This document shows, in pieces, positions 48,960-57,460 of a stretch of 64,000 nt of DNA (position 1 is the stretch's first letter; every line of letters starts with the position of its first letter). The position numbers were made by a program, and so were the translations under genes. The notes below the pieces were generated by a model. It did no database searches and was not told the origin of the DNA. It saw only the letters and a program-made list of their open reading frames with translations. Origin of the DNA: a virus (lineage: Duplodnaviria > Caudoviricetes); the IMG/VR virus record IMGVR_UViG_3300028832_000097, positions 96,001 through 160,000 of that record; one strand, 5' to 3'.

Positions 48960-50426
48960 TCATACAACAATCTTATTATAATAATTTGACCAAGGCATCA
49001 TCTGTTCTATTTTGTACGCAACTCTATATACATCTTCGTCAAAGTATCGTCTACCTACTACCTGAACGCCAATAGGAAGATTATTAGAACCAAGTCCTGC
49101 CGGAACTGATGCTGCAGGGTTGCCGGTCATATTCTGTAACCAGGTCTGGCAGAAGCCAATAAGTTGTTCTACACTTGCTCCCTCAATGTTTTCAGGTCCC
49201 TTAGTATCTTCCTCAGAATTAAGTACAGGCATACAGGATGTGACAGGTGAAATAATAATATCGTGATCTTTGAGCACTGCAAGATTTGCATCAAGAATAT
49301 CTGTCCTGATTTCATGGAACTTACGATAGTCGAGCATCGTAGATGCAAATGCTTTATTTGTCCATTCAATAAACTGATCGGGTAAATCTTCTGCATGGTC
49401 TCCCATTAAATCAAACCCGGTAGTTTCTTTCATGATGTGCAAGTCTAATGCTCCATCAACACTAATGCTTCTGAGCCAAGCTTCAACCATTTCTTCAAGA
49501 GAATGCTTGAAAGTAAAATGTACAGGTTCAACAATAGCTCCAGCAGTTTCGAGCACTGTTGCAACTTTGTCTACAGCTGCTTTAATCTCAGGATCAACAA
49601 AAATAAACAAGTCATAGTCATATGTTAGCCCAATTCGCATTCCTTTTATACTTTCTACCTGGGTGTTGAAGAAATTCTTATGTGGAAGCGGTACAGAAAT
49701 CGGATCCATTGGGTCGTATGCCATCATGTTTTCCATAATTATTGCTGAATCTGTAACAGTTCTTGCCGTTGGGCCGTCACAGCAATAAGGATGTGTAGCT
49801 GTCCAAGCATCAGGTCTGCATACGCTAGGTACTATTCCTGCGGAAGGTTTGAAACCAAATGTACTGCACCATGCGGATGGCACGCGTGTACTTCCTCCAG
49901 CGTCGCCGCAGCTAGCCAGTGGGACCATTCGGCTTCCGACAGCCGAGCAACTTCCGCCAGAACTTCCACCAGAATTATATGCAAGATTAAACGGATTATG
50001 TGTATTACCATACATCTTATTGTAGGTTGTTCCTCTAAAACCAAATGAAGGTGCATTTGTTTTGCCTATTGCAATGCAATCAAGTTTCCTTGCAGCTTGC
50101 CAAAAGGTGCAATCAGCATCATCTACAGTTATAAATGATTTTACTCCACCATGTGTAGCTGTCCATCCCTTCTTTGCAGGTAAGAAATCTTTAAGTGCAA
50201 CAGGAACTCCGGCAAATAATCCTACAGATTCACCTTTCATAATCCTATCTTCTAATGCTTTTGCTTCTTCTAGTGCTTCGTCAATCTTTGTGTATGTAAA
50301 CGCATTGAGTGATTTGTTTTTAGTTTCAATCAACTTCGCAAAGTAGTTTATCACCTCCACCGGAGAGATTTCTTTACTCCTAACTAATTTACCTAATTCT
50401 AACGCTGAAAGTGTTTCTAGTTGCAT
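48960..50426 (-). CDS. Amidase-signature family enzyme (GatA-like)
   Basis: GVPVALKD, GKTNAP, GGSSGGS, DAGGSTRVPS, GFKPS, GNPAASVP, LPIGVQ; start moved to MQLE after AAGGAG. Confidence 0.9.
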   Translation of the reverse strand: MQLETLSALELGKLVRSKEISPVEVINYFAKLIETKNKSLNAFTYTKIDEALEEAKALEDRIMKGESVGLFAGVPVALKDFLPAKKGWTATHGGVKSFITVDDADCTFWQAARKLDCIAIGKTNAPSFGFRGTTYNKMYGNTHNPFNLAYNSGGSSGGSCSAVGSRMVPLASCGDAGGSTRVPSAWCSTFGFKPSAGIVPSVCRPDAWTATHPYCCDGPTARTVTDSAIIMENMMAYDPMDPISVPLPHKNFFNTQVESIKGMRIGLTYDYDLFIFVDPEIKAAVDKVATVLETAGAIVEPVHFTFKHSLEEMVEAWLRSISVDGALDLHIMKETTGFDLMGDHAEDLPDQFIEWTNKAFASTMLDYRKFHEIRTDILDANLAVLKDHDIIISPVTSCMPVLNSEEDTKGPENIEGASVEQLIGFCQTWLQNMTGNPAASVPAGLGSNNLPIGVQVVGRRYFDEDVYRVAYKIEQMMPWSNYYNKIVV

Positions 50427-50457
50427 TTGTGAGTTCTCCTTGCTACATATGAAAATT

Positions 50458-50835
50458 TTATTTGAATTCTCCACGTGACTTAAGCGCATTAAACAAATCA
50501 AAATCGTCAAATGATCCGTCTGTATCCATGTAATGCTTAAGCAATAAATCATAATTTCTAGCTACATACTCAATACCTTCTTCAAATGAATCAATCTCGC
50601 TCTGCTTAAATTTAGATAACCAATTTTTAGGTGCGAGCACTACAGGATGATCAGAAATGCTTACAGAAATTGATGCATCACCAATATCAAGTTTAACTCG
50701 AGGAAGTTTATCAGGCTTGTTTCGTAAGCAACCTTGGCCGTCGGACCAGATATTAACTCTAAGTCCTGTTCGTTTCTTATTTATGTTAGCCATCGCCATT
50801 ATAGTATCATTGGTTGTTCTGATATATTTTTTCAT
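50458..50835 (-). CDS. Hypothetical protein (DUF4160-like) with MKKYI leader
   Basis: MANINKKRTGLRVNIWSD...PRVK; N-terminus MKKYIRTT. Confidence 0.5.
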   Translation of the reverse strand: MKKYIRTTNDTIMAMANINKKRTGLRVNIWSDGQGCLRNKPDKLPRVKLDIGDASISVSISDHPVVLAPKNWLSKFKQSEIDSFEEGIEYVARNYDLLLKHYMDTDGSFDDFDLFNALKSRGEFK

Positions 50836-50854
50836 TGTTACGTCTCCTTATGCA

Positions 50855-50986
50855 AAATATAAGCACCGCTGAATGTATCCTCTGTCACAAGTAATACAAT
50901 TGCAAGCGGTGCTATACTATTAGAAATTCCATGTTATGGAACACTAACCAACATTTATATCATTTGCAATCGTATTACTTGTGACA
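50855..50986 (-). ncRNA. Candidate ~130-nt structured RNA
   Basis: 23-bp stem (50964-50986 with 50883-50905, one G-U) beginning at the predicted TSS; second GCACCGCU/AGCGGUGC pairing followed by U-rich tail. Confidence 0.5.
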
Positions 50987-50992
50987 CTTCTA

Positions 50993-51021
50993 ATTATAGA
51001 CGTATGTTATAAGAATGTCAA
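50993..51021 (-). promoter_or_regulatory. Consensus sigma-A promoter
   Basis: TTGACA-N17-TATAAT on the minus strand. Confidence 0.8.
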
Positions 51022-51040
51022 TGTAGTAGAAGTACAAGTA

Positions 51041-51775
51041 TTAACGATTCGCCTGACGATACTGTAGATAATGTTCACCAACTCTATCCTTCTCCCAAGC
51101 TTTATTTGCATTGTAGCCGAATGGGCTGAATACTATTTCGCAGAGTAATTCAAATATCCCTGCGGTAATTGAGCAAGTTATAACCTGTGTCATACTCCAC
51201 CCGAAGAATACATAACTTACTATTAGTGCGAATATCATGTTGTCTATGAATTGCCCAATGAACGTTGAGATGTATGATCTTATTGCAAACGCTATGAAGT
51301 TATTGTTTTTGAGTTTCTTCCCGATTTTCTCGTTAAGTATTGAATTCACTATAGCGGAAACTAAGAATGCAGTTGCACTGCCTAATACTACATACCAAGT
51401 TCCTCCGAAAGTTTCATGTAAAGCATCATTTGCTACTGTGTTTTGTGTTGTGTAGTATGCTCCCCAGTTTCCTGGAAGTTTCATTATTAGGAATAGTATT
51501 CCGGATATGAATAGATTGATTGCAAGTGCAAATATAGAGATTTCAATACTTGCTTTGGCTCCAAATCGCTTGGTAATCATATCTTGTGCGAGAAAGCCCA
51601 TCCATGATACTGAGAATCCGCAATCTAGTGCGAGCCATGAAACACCTAGATCTAATTCTTTATTTGCAAGAAGATTCATAAGTATTACAGATACCACAAA
51701 GAATGTTAGTGCGGTTGCCGGGATATTTCTTAAGAGCACACGAAATTCTCTAAATTCACAGTCTAATTTTTCCAT
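51041..51775 (-). CDS. VUT/YhhQ-family (queuosine precursor) transporter, copy 1
   Basis: MNLLANK, FLAQD..KRFG, LGSATAFLVS..VN, RSYISTFIGQFIDN..F; about 6 TM segments. Confidence 0.85.
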   Translation of the reverse strand: MEKLDCEFREFRVLLRNIPATALTFFVVSVILMNLLANKELDLGVSWLALDCGFSVSWMGFLAQDMITKRFGAKASIEISIFALAINLFISGILFLIMKLPGNWGAYYTTQNTVANDALHETFGGTWYVVLGSATAFLVSAIVNSILNEKIGKKLKNNNFIAFAIRSYISTFIGQFIDNMIFALIVSYVFFGWSMTQVITCSITAGIFELLCEIVFSPFGYNANKAWEKDRVGEHYLQYRQANR

Positions 51776-51848
51776 ATATGTTATCTCGCCACACAATAAT
51801 AGTGCAACTGTTGTAGCTGCACTATGTATAACGATTTTGTATCTTTAA

Positions 51849-52346
51849 TTAGAATTCGTCGCTCCAACCATGACCTATATCCCAATGGATATCTTTCTCA
51901 AATTCTGTGCCTTTGGGAAGGTTGAATTCATCTAGAATGTACTGCCTAACATGAGGATAATCGTCTATCCAGTCACCTGTGAATACAATAAATCCCTTAT
52001 TTTTGAATTCAAATACTCTTCCGCGAGGTACAAGTGTATGATCTCCTTGAAATCTTATATCTTTTCCTCTAAAGTATTCTTTCTGCCATATGTTCTTATG
52101 AAGGTGCTTATCTGTTCTAATATCGGTATTCCATTGATTTGAATGATACCAATTGAGATCTGTAGCTACTGTACTTTTGATCCCAAATAATTCGTCTGCT
52201 TCGGGATCATACCAAAACATTGCAACTTCTGGATCATCTTTATATTTATCGTTTTCAAACATCACATCCATAGCCGAAGATGCTTCGGATGTTCGAGCAG
52301 ATCTTTCTTGTGCTGCTTCTTCAGGAGATTTGATGTATCGTTTCAT
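51849..52346 (-). CDS. Hypothetical protein with MKRYI leader
   Basis: Starts MKRYIKS; HK.IW, PRGRVF and D.HW motifs. Confidence 0.6.
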   Translation of the reverse strand: MKRYIKSPEEAAQERSARTSEASSAMDVMFENDKYKDDPEVAMFWYDPEADELFGIKSTVATDLNWYHSNQWNTDIRTDKHLHKNIWQKEYFRGKDIRFQGDHTLVPRGRVFEFKNKGFIVFTGDWIDDYPHVRQYILDEFNLPKGTEFEKDIHWDIGHGWSDEF

Positions 52347-52413
52347 GATAATAGATCCTACTTAGCTCAATTACATATGCTATAACGATCATATCAAGAT
52401 AAACACTACTCAA

Positions 52414-52686
52414 TCAATACCACATTTCTCGGAGTTTATCATACACATATTCTTTGAACTCTTGAGTATCAACTTTATCCTGGTATTCCGGCCACTCTTC
52501 TGGTTGTATTTCGTTGATTACATCATAGACGTGTTCCCACGCGATGTCATATATATCTTCTTCAGAACAATCGTACCTATAATTCTCTATGGTGCAACGT
52601 AGTTCATCTGCGATAAGCAAATCAAGGCGCGGTGATTCAATTCGTGATGCAGTCATAACTGGTACTTTTCTAAATTGTCTTTTCAT
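52414..52686 (-). CDS. Hypothetical acidic protein with basic leader
   Basis: MKRQFRKVPVMTAS followed by an acidic body. Confidence 0.55.
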   Translation of the reverse strand: MKRQFRKVPVMTASRIESPRLDLLIADELRCTIENYRYDCSEEDIYDIAWEHVYDVINEIQPEEWPEYQDKVDTQEFKEYVYDKLREMWY

Positions 52687-52701
52687 AATACAAAAATCCT
52701 T

Positions 52702-53022
52702 TCACATCAAATTATTCTCTTTCAGTATATTTATAATATCTGGAGTAACATCAATCAATTGATTATCTGTGTAGACTCCTAAGAAATCTGCAGGAAATTT
52801 ACTCCCAGTACCAATGATATGATATATTACATCATATCCATTATCATCTAGCACTTCTGCAAATTCAGGTTTTACTTTATGGATACCATATACTGTATAT
52901 TCTTTTTCATATCCAGGAATTAATTCTTTTTCTACTGTGCTATCTTCATAATCAAAGAATCCTGGAAAGATTTCATCTTCCGCGTCATCATAGTATTTTT
53001 CAATTATTTCCCATGCGTCCAT
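52702..53022 (-). CDS. Hypothetical acidic protein
   Basis: ORF with AAGGAG SD. Confidence 0.55.
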   Translation of the reverse strand: MDAWEIIEKYYDDAEDEIFPGFFDYEDSTVEKELIPGYEKEYTVYGIHKVKPEFAEVLDDNGYDVIYHIIGTGSKFPADFLGVYTDNQLIDVTPDIINILKENNLM

Positions 53023-53023
53023 A

Positions 53024-53329
53024 TTATATGCTCCTTGAATCTATTTCAGACATTAGATTATCAATGAATTCTTCAGTGTCAATTGTCATCGCATCTTCTT
53101 CAGTAGCTACTTCTACAATGTAGATGCTATCAAGAAATTTGAATTTGCGCTCGTTAGTTTCAAATGGGCTTTCAAATATCTCTTGTGCTTGTTCGCAGGC
53201 GATTTTATTAGCAGCCCTTTGGCTATTGGCACCACCTAATAGACAATCTTTACCATCAGGGCTTATCCAATGTACTTGATACGTAGTTTTCCAAGGAGTA
53301 ACTCCAGAAGATCTAATGTAGCGTTTCAT
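53024..53329 (-). CDS. Hypothetical protein with MKRYI leader
   Basis: Starts MKRYIRSS; preceded by AACCTT motif. Confidence 0.6.
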   Translation of the reverse strand: MKRYIRSSGVTPWKTTYQVHWISPDGKDCLLGGANSQRAANKIACEQAQEIFESPFETNERKFKFLDSIYIVEVATEEDAMTIDTEEFIDNLMSEIDSRSI

Positions 53330-53382
53330 ATTATCACCTTTTCGAAATAATCTTATGTAAGTATTAAAGGTTCAATATCACA

Positions 53383-53655
53383 TTATTCTTCCGATTCATA
53401 CGTAAACACAATGGATTCTACAGCTGCACGTTTCTGCGTCAATTCTGCAATCTCTTCATCAATTTCTTTGAGCATTTGAGCTTTCGCTTTTTCTACATAC
53501 TTAGATACTCTACTCTTAGGGCAATAATACACTATTGCATTTTCACCCTCTTTGCAACCATACAGCATTTGAATAGCATAATCAGGGCTGATATCCTTAA
53601 CTGTATACTTTCCGGTTTCAAAAACCCAAAGCTCAACCATATCTTGTTTACTCAT
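53383..53655 (-). CDS. Hypothetical protein
   Basis: ORF track. Confidence 0.5.
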   Translation of the reverse strand: MSKQDMVELWVFETGKYTVKDISPDYAIQMLYGCKEGENAIVYYCPKSRVSKYVEKAKAQMLKEIDEEIAELTQKRAAVESIVFTYESEE

Positions 53656-53669
53656 ATAATCACCCCCAT

Positions 53670-54323
53670 TTATTCAGGAAAAGCAAGTTTGACCATATCT
53701 TCTGCATAAACATAAATATCAGTCTGCCCGTCAGCACCTTTAGTAACTCTTTGATGAAGATGATACTTAACACCTCGTCTTGTACGACCATACGGTTTAA
53801 GCTCTCTTGGTTCGTACTTACAATCATGCAAGTCGCTAGAACGAGATAGTCCATGAACACGCTGTATTTTAATGTTTCGGGACACACTGCGAATCTTACC
53901 AGATTTGCTTACTTGATATAGGTGTTCATAGCCCTTAATAGGCAACGGTCGCCATTCTTCTATATCAGGATTATCATCAATGTATGTATAAGGTGCCCAT
54001 TCTAAATTATCTGCTTTGTTATCGAACGGACATTTGTTTTTATGTACAACACATTCAAAATTATTAGGATTAGGTATCCAACTTTCTGCAACTAATTGAG
54101 CAACTTTATATGTAGCTGTTTTACCATCTCGAGACAATGGTATGTATGCTACATTAGCTTGTACAAATGATTTACGAATTCTCTCGGAAAGTTTTCGAGT
54201 GTGCAATTCACCTCGCTGAGTGTATTCAATAAGCTGCTCAGAACGCTTGATTCTGCCTAAGTTACTTACTTCGTAACTACCTTCATAACCTTTTACCGGG
54301 CGCCATTCTTCTTTCTGTTTCAT
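53670..54323 (-). CDS. NUMOD4/HNH-family protein
   Basis: EEWRPVKGYEGSYEVSNLGRIK, HKNKCPFDNKADNLEW, second NUMOD4 unit. Confidence 0.8.
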   Translation of the reverse strand: MKQKEEWRPVKGYEGSYEVSNLGRIKRSEQLIEYTQRGELHTRKLSERIRKSFVQANVAYIPLSRDGKTATYKVAQLVAESWIPNPNNFECVVHKNKCPFDNKADNLEWAPYTYIDDNPDIEEWRPLPIKGYEHLYQVSKSGKIRSVSRNIKIQRVHGLSRSSDLHDCKYEPRELKPYGRTRRGVKYHLHQRVTKGADGQTDIYVYAEDMVKLAFPE

Positions 54324-54369
54324 AATACAACCTCCGTGTGATTGATATACTTAAATAACGATCATAAAA

Positions 54370-54399
54370 ATAAGTAGCACCATAATCAGGTGCTACTTA
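54370..54399 (-). terminator. Rho-independent terminator
   Basis: taagtagcacc/ggtgctactta hairpin with a T-run on the minus strand. Confidence 0.65.
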
Positions 54400-54425
54400 A
54401 CTAGTTGTTTGATACTCAACGTAAA

Positions 54426-55187
54426 TTAAGTGTTGATGCTATACTTTGTAAGATAGTCACAACCTACATTGTCTCTCTTCCAATTCTTGGACATTTTGTA
54501 GCCAATAGGGCTAAATACAGCTTCAATACCAAGTTCAAGAAGCATCATCATAAATGAGCAAACTAATACCTGCTTGATGGACCAACCGAAGAAGATGTAA
54601 GATACAAATAGTGCAAATACAATATTGTCTACAAACTGCCCAGCTGCTGTAGACAAGAAGCTTCTAATTGCAAATCCACCAAAGTTGTCCTTCTTATCAA
54701 CAGCCTTGCCAATGAACTTGTTTACGATAGAGTTTACAAGTCCTCCAAGATACATTGCGGCTGCAGAGCCAAGTACTATGAACCAAGAAGACGAGAATGT
54801 TGCGTCTACGCTTGCATTGATTGCATCTGCTACTGCAGGATCTGTTGCGGAATAACTAGCTGCCCATACGCCGGGAATCTTGCAGATAAGCATATATGCA
54901 AGTCCTGCAAGTAAATTAGCTACCATTGCTACAGTATTTAAGATAGTAGCAGCCCTGGCACCAAATCTTTTACAAACTGCATCCATACATAGGAAACTAA
55001 CCCAACTTACAAAAATACCTGCAGTACTTGCAAGCCATGGAAGGTTAAAGATGGATTTGTTTGCGAGAAGATTCATTGACACAACAGACAAAATAAAGAA
55101 TGCAGTTACTAGACCTGGAATTGCGCGCATTGTGTCTTTTACTTCTGTGACCAAAGAAGGCTTGGTCATGGTTTGTTCTGAACTCAT
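54426..55187 (-). CDS. VUT/YhhQ-family (queuosine precursor) transporter, copy 2
   Basis: MNLLANK, FLCMD..KRFG, LGSAAA, RSFLSTAAGQFVDN..F; clear paralog of 51041. Confidence 0.85.
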   Translation of the reverse strand: MSSEQTMTKPSLVTEVKDTMRAIPGLVTAFFILSVVSMNLLANKSIFNLPWLASTAGIFVSWVSFLCMDAVCKRFGARAATILNTVAMVANLLAGLAYMLICKIPGVWAASYSATDPAVADAINASVDATFSSSWFIVLGSAAAMYLGGLVNSIVNKFIGKAVDKKDNFGGFAIRSFLSTAAGQFVDNIVFALFVSYIFFGWSIKQVLVCSFMMMLLELGIEAVFSPIGYKMSKNWKRDNVGCDYLTKYSINT

Positions 55188-55194
55188 AATAAAG

Positions 55195-55259
55195 TTCCTC
55201 CTGTTATTTTTATTTTATAACGCCGAGGCTGTCAAGGAAATACAAAACTCGGCGGTTAT
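55195..55259 (-). promoter_or_regulatory. Candidate translational riboswitch (SD-sequestering pseudoknot)
   Basis: CGCCGAG/CUCGGCG stem; loop UUCCUU complementary to GAGGAA at the SD; A-rich linker. Confidence 0.45.
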
Positions 55260-55283
55260 ATTTTATATTATAACGATTTTAAG

Positions 55284-56198
55284 TCATTTGGACTCAAAAT
55301 AATGTGAGAAAATATAAGTTCTTCCCCACCTACCTAACCCATTGATATAACTATCAAAGGTTATACCGAATATATTATCTAATGAATAAAATTCTGATTC
55401 CAATAGTTTAATATCTCTGAAATTATCACTAAATATGTCAACATACATGGATTCGTAAGTATCTCCATATTCATCTACTTCTGTTTCTATGTATGCATCA
55501 TTTATTGACAGACCGTAATTTTGAATGAGACGAAGTATGTACTGCTCCTCCCTATCAGTTATTGCAGCGGTATGTTGAGGAGAATTGAAATCTAAAGAGC
55601 CAAATATAGATTTATGGTTTTCAGATTCTAAATATGAAATTATCTGCATGAATTCATCAAACGACAGTGCAGATTCACAACTAGAATTGTTATAGTAATC
55701 ACTAATGTAGGATTCAGAATATTGCTTGCGTTTATCACCTTTAAGCTGGTGAAATTTAGGATCTGAAATTAAATTAAGATAACATTCTTCTACATATTCA
55801 ATTTGTTCAGCGCTAAATTTATTTACAACTACATTAAAATCATTGAATTTTTGCTTAGTTGTATATTTAGGTGCAGAAACTCTATTCAAATTTTTATGAT
55901 CTGTGATATTAAATAATTTTAAATCAAGGTCAATATCTTGACCATCGACTGTGTAAAGAAGTATTATATCACCTGTTTTTCTACCATCAAGGTGAATATG
56001 TTCAATTTTCTTTGTGTTCTTAAGCGGACGTGCATATTCTTTCTCATACATGTCAACCCCTAGAATAATCTCGTCAATGATTCTAAATAGTTTAGCTACT
56101 TCTGAAGATAGATTATCATGTTTGAGTTGTGCTAAACCATCGCAAAATTGAGAGGTGCATGTTATATTGTATCTAGTATAATCAATAGAATTACTCAA
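55284..56198 (-). CDS. RelE/YafQ-like ribonuclease domain fused to a C-terminal extension
   Basis: YNI..TSQF...L...EHIHL...DIILLY...LKLFNITDHKNL follows the YafQ template. Confidence 0.55.
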   Translation of the reverse strand: MSNSIDYTRYNITCTSQFCDGLAQLKHDNLSSEVAKLFRIIDEIILGVDMYEKEYARPLKNTKKIEHIHLDGRKTGDIILLYTVDGQDIDLDLKLFNITDHKNLNRVSAPKYTTKQKFNDFNVVVNKFSAEQIEYVEECYLNLISDPKFHQLKGDKRKQYSESYISDYYNNSSCESALSFDEFMQIISYLESENHKSIFGSLDFNSPQHTAAITDREEQYILRLIQNYGLSINDAYIETEVDEYGDTYESMYVDIFSDNFRDIKLLESEFYSLDNIFGITFDSYINGLGRWGRTYIFSHYFESK

Positions 56199-56361
56199 AA
56201 TCGCGCATCTCCTTAAGTATATTCATGAATTCATCTGCAGGGATAGTTTTATTAGGCACATCTCCAAACCTATCGTGCCATCTCTGGAAAAAATCAGATT
56301 TAGCTCGAGGTTCTTGTGAAATGTATCTATCTTTATTATTGATCTCAATCCGTCTTTTCAT
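56191..56361 (-). CDS. 56-aa protein overlapping the YafQ-like gene (possible antitoxin)
   Basis: Below ORF-track cutoff; hand-translated MKRRIEINNKDRYISQEPRAKSDFFQRWHDRFGDVPNKTIPADEFMNILKEMRDFE. Confidence 0.5.
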   Translation of the reverse strand: MKRRIEINNKDRYISQEPRAKSDFFQRWHDRFGDVPNKTIPADEFMNILKEMRDFE

Positions 56362-56412
56362 ATTATCTGCTTCCTAACATATTGTTGTATTCAGCTATGG
56401 ATTCATACAAGG

Positions 56413-57363
56413 TTATACCTGTACCGACCTCATAGCCTGGATCTGCTTAAACATTGCATCTACAAGCGGATGACCTACAATGATCTGGCTCCATCGTGTT
56501 TCCTTGTAATTTTCTGTTGTACGAACAGGAATTGAATGATCTGCGTAATCCGTTATTGCCATCATTGCACCAAAAGCAGTACCGCGATACTTAAGAATAT
56601 CAGGTGCTATCATACAAGCGAATACGTCGGATTTCAACTGTGCTGCTCGAGACTTCTTGAGGTCTGAATCATCTTCCTTTACAGGATAGAGAATATCAAG
56701 AATAGACTCTACAGCTTCATCTGAAAGCTTCATATCTGCAAGAATTTCAGCTTCCTGCTTGAGCGCTTCTGTATATTCTGAAATCATCCCAAGAGTATAT
56801 CTTGCTTCATTGAGCTTTGACTGCATGTCGCCTACATGACGAGTTGACCAAGAACGTTTAGCTGTATTAAGTGCAAGATTAAGTGTATTGTTGCAAACAA
56901 CCCTTACAGGAGTCATGCAAACTCTGATTGAACCTTGGCCATCATGTCTGTTGTTGAAGCAGACATACGGTTCAAGGTCGTCATCGAGAATCTTGTCTTT
57001 AGGCATCTTACCGAGAAGCCATATATTCTTACCGCCTTCGAGCGATCCTGCAGATTCGTATGTAAGTCCCTCATCAAGCAAACTGTCTACAAACTGGAAT
57101 GCATCTCTATTCTGAACGATGGTGTATCTGTTAGTTACTACTCCAAGTACCTTGTTATCTGTGCTACGAGTGTTAGCGAAGTAATTAGGTACTGGAATTG
57201 TCTGATTATTCTGCTGAATGAATACAGGTTTTGCTTCTACATCCCAATTAAGTCCGGCTTCCTGAATTGCAACTTCGGCTGTAGGTGCATTCTCAAGCAC
57301 CTTTCCAATACCGTGCCAAGCGGGCTCTCTTACTACAAAACAATTTTCAACTAATGCGGGCAT
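56413..57363 (-). CDS. DUF932 family protein (copy 2)
   Basis: REPAWHGIG, AGLNWDV, YTIVQNRDAF, ESAGSLEGG, HDG, TPVRVVCNNTL. Confidence 0.9.
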   Translation of the reverse strand: MPALVENCFVVREPAWHGIGKVLENAPTAEVAIQEAGLNWDVEAKPVFIQQNNQTIPVPNYFANTRSTDNKVLGVVTNRYTIVQNRDAFQFVDSLLDEGLTYESAGSLEGGKNIWLLGKMPKDKILDDDLEPYVCFNNRHDGQGSIRVCMTPVRVVCNNTLNLALNTAKRSWSTRHVGDMQSKLNEARYTLGMISEYTEALKQEAEILADMKLSDEAVESILDILYPVKEDDSDLKKSRAAQLKSDVFACMIAPDILKYRGTAFGAMMAITDYADHSIPVRTTENYKETRWSQIIVGHPLVDAMFKQIQAMRSVQV

Positions 57364-57460
57364 TTTTTAAATCCTCCTTGATTGTGTATTGATAGGTTGA
57401 ATTATATCTACAGTTACTATAACGATTCATAAAAATTTAATCAAGGAAGAATAATATCAA

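Larger units (their letters stand above)
46068..48963 (-). pseudogene. HNH endonuclease gene interrupted by the IS (5' part 48039-48963, 3' remnant 46068-46132)
   Basis: RVHIIVL...TVHHKNHNKLDNRIENLCW; removing 46133-48038 restores the frame ...LAIRDNKIVTDCNGNIVIAKSIDSED-stop. Confidence 0.8.

Noticed and set aside
50855-50912. tracrRNA-like 3' end (GCACCG...CGGTGC-U)
   Set aside because: Short resemblance only; no Cas9 or repeat partner in the window
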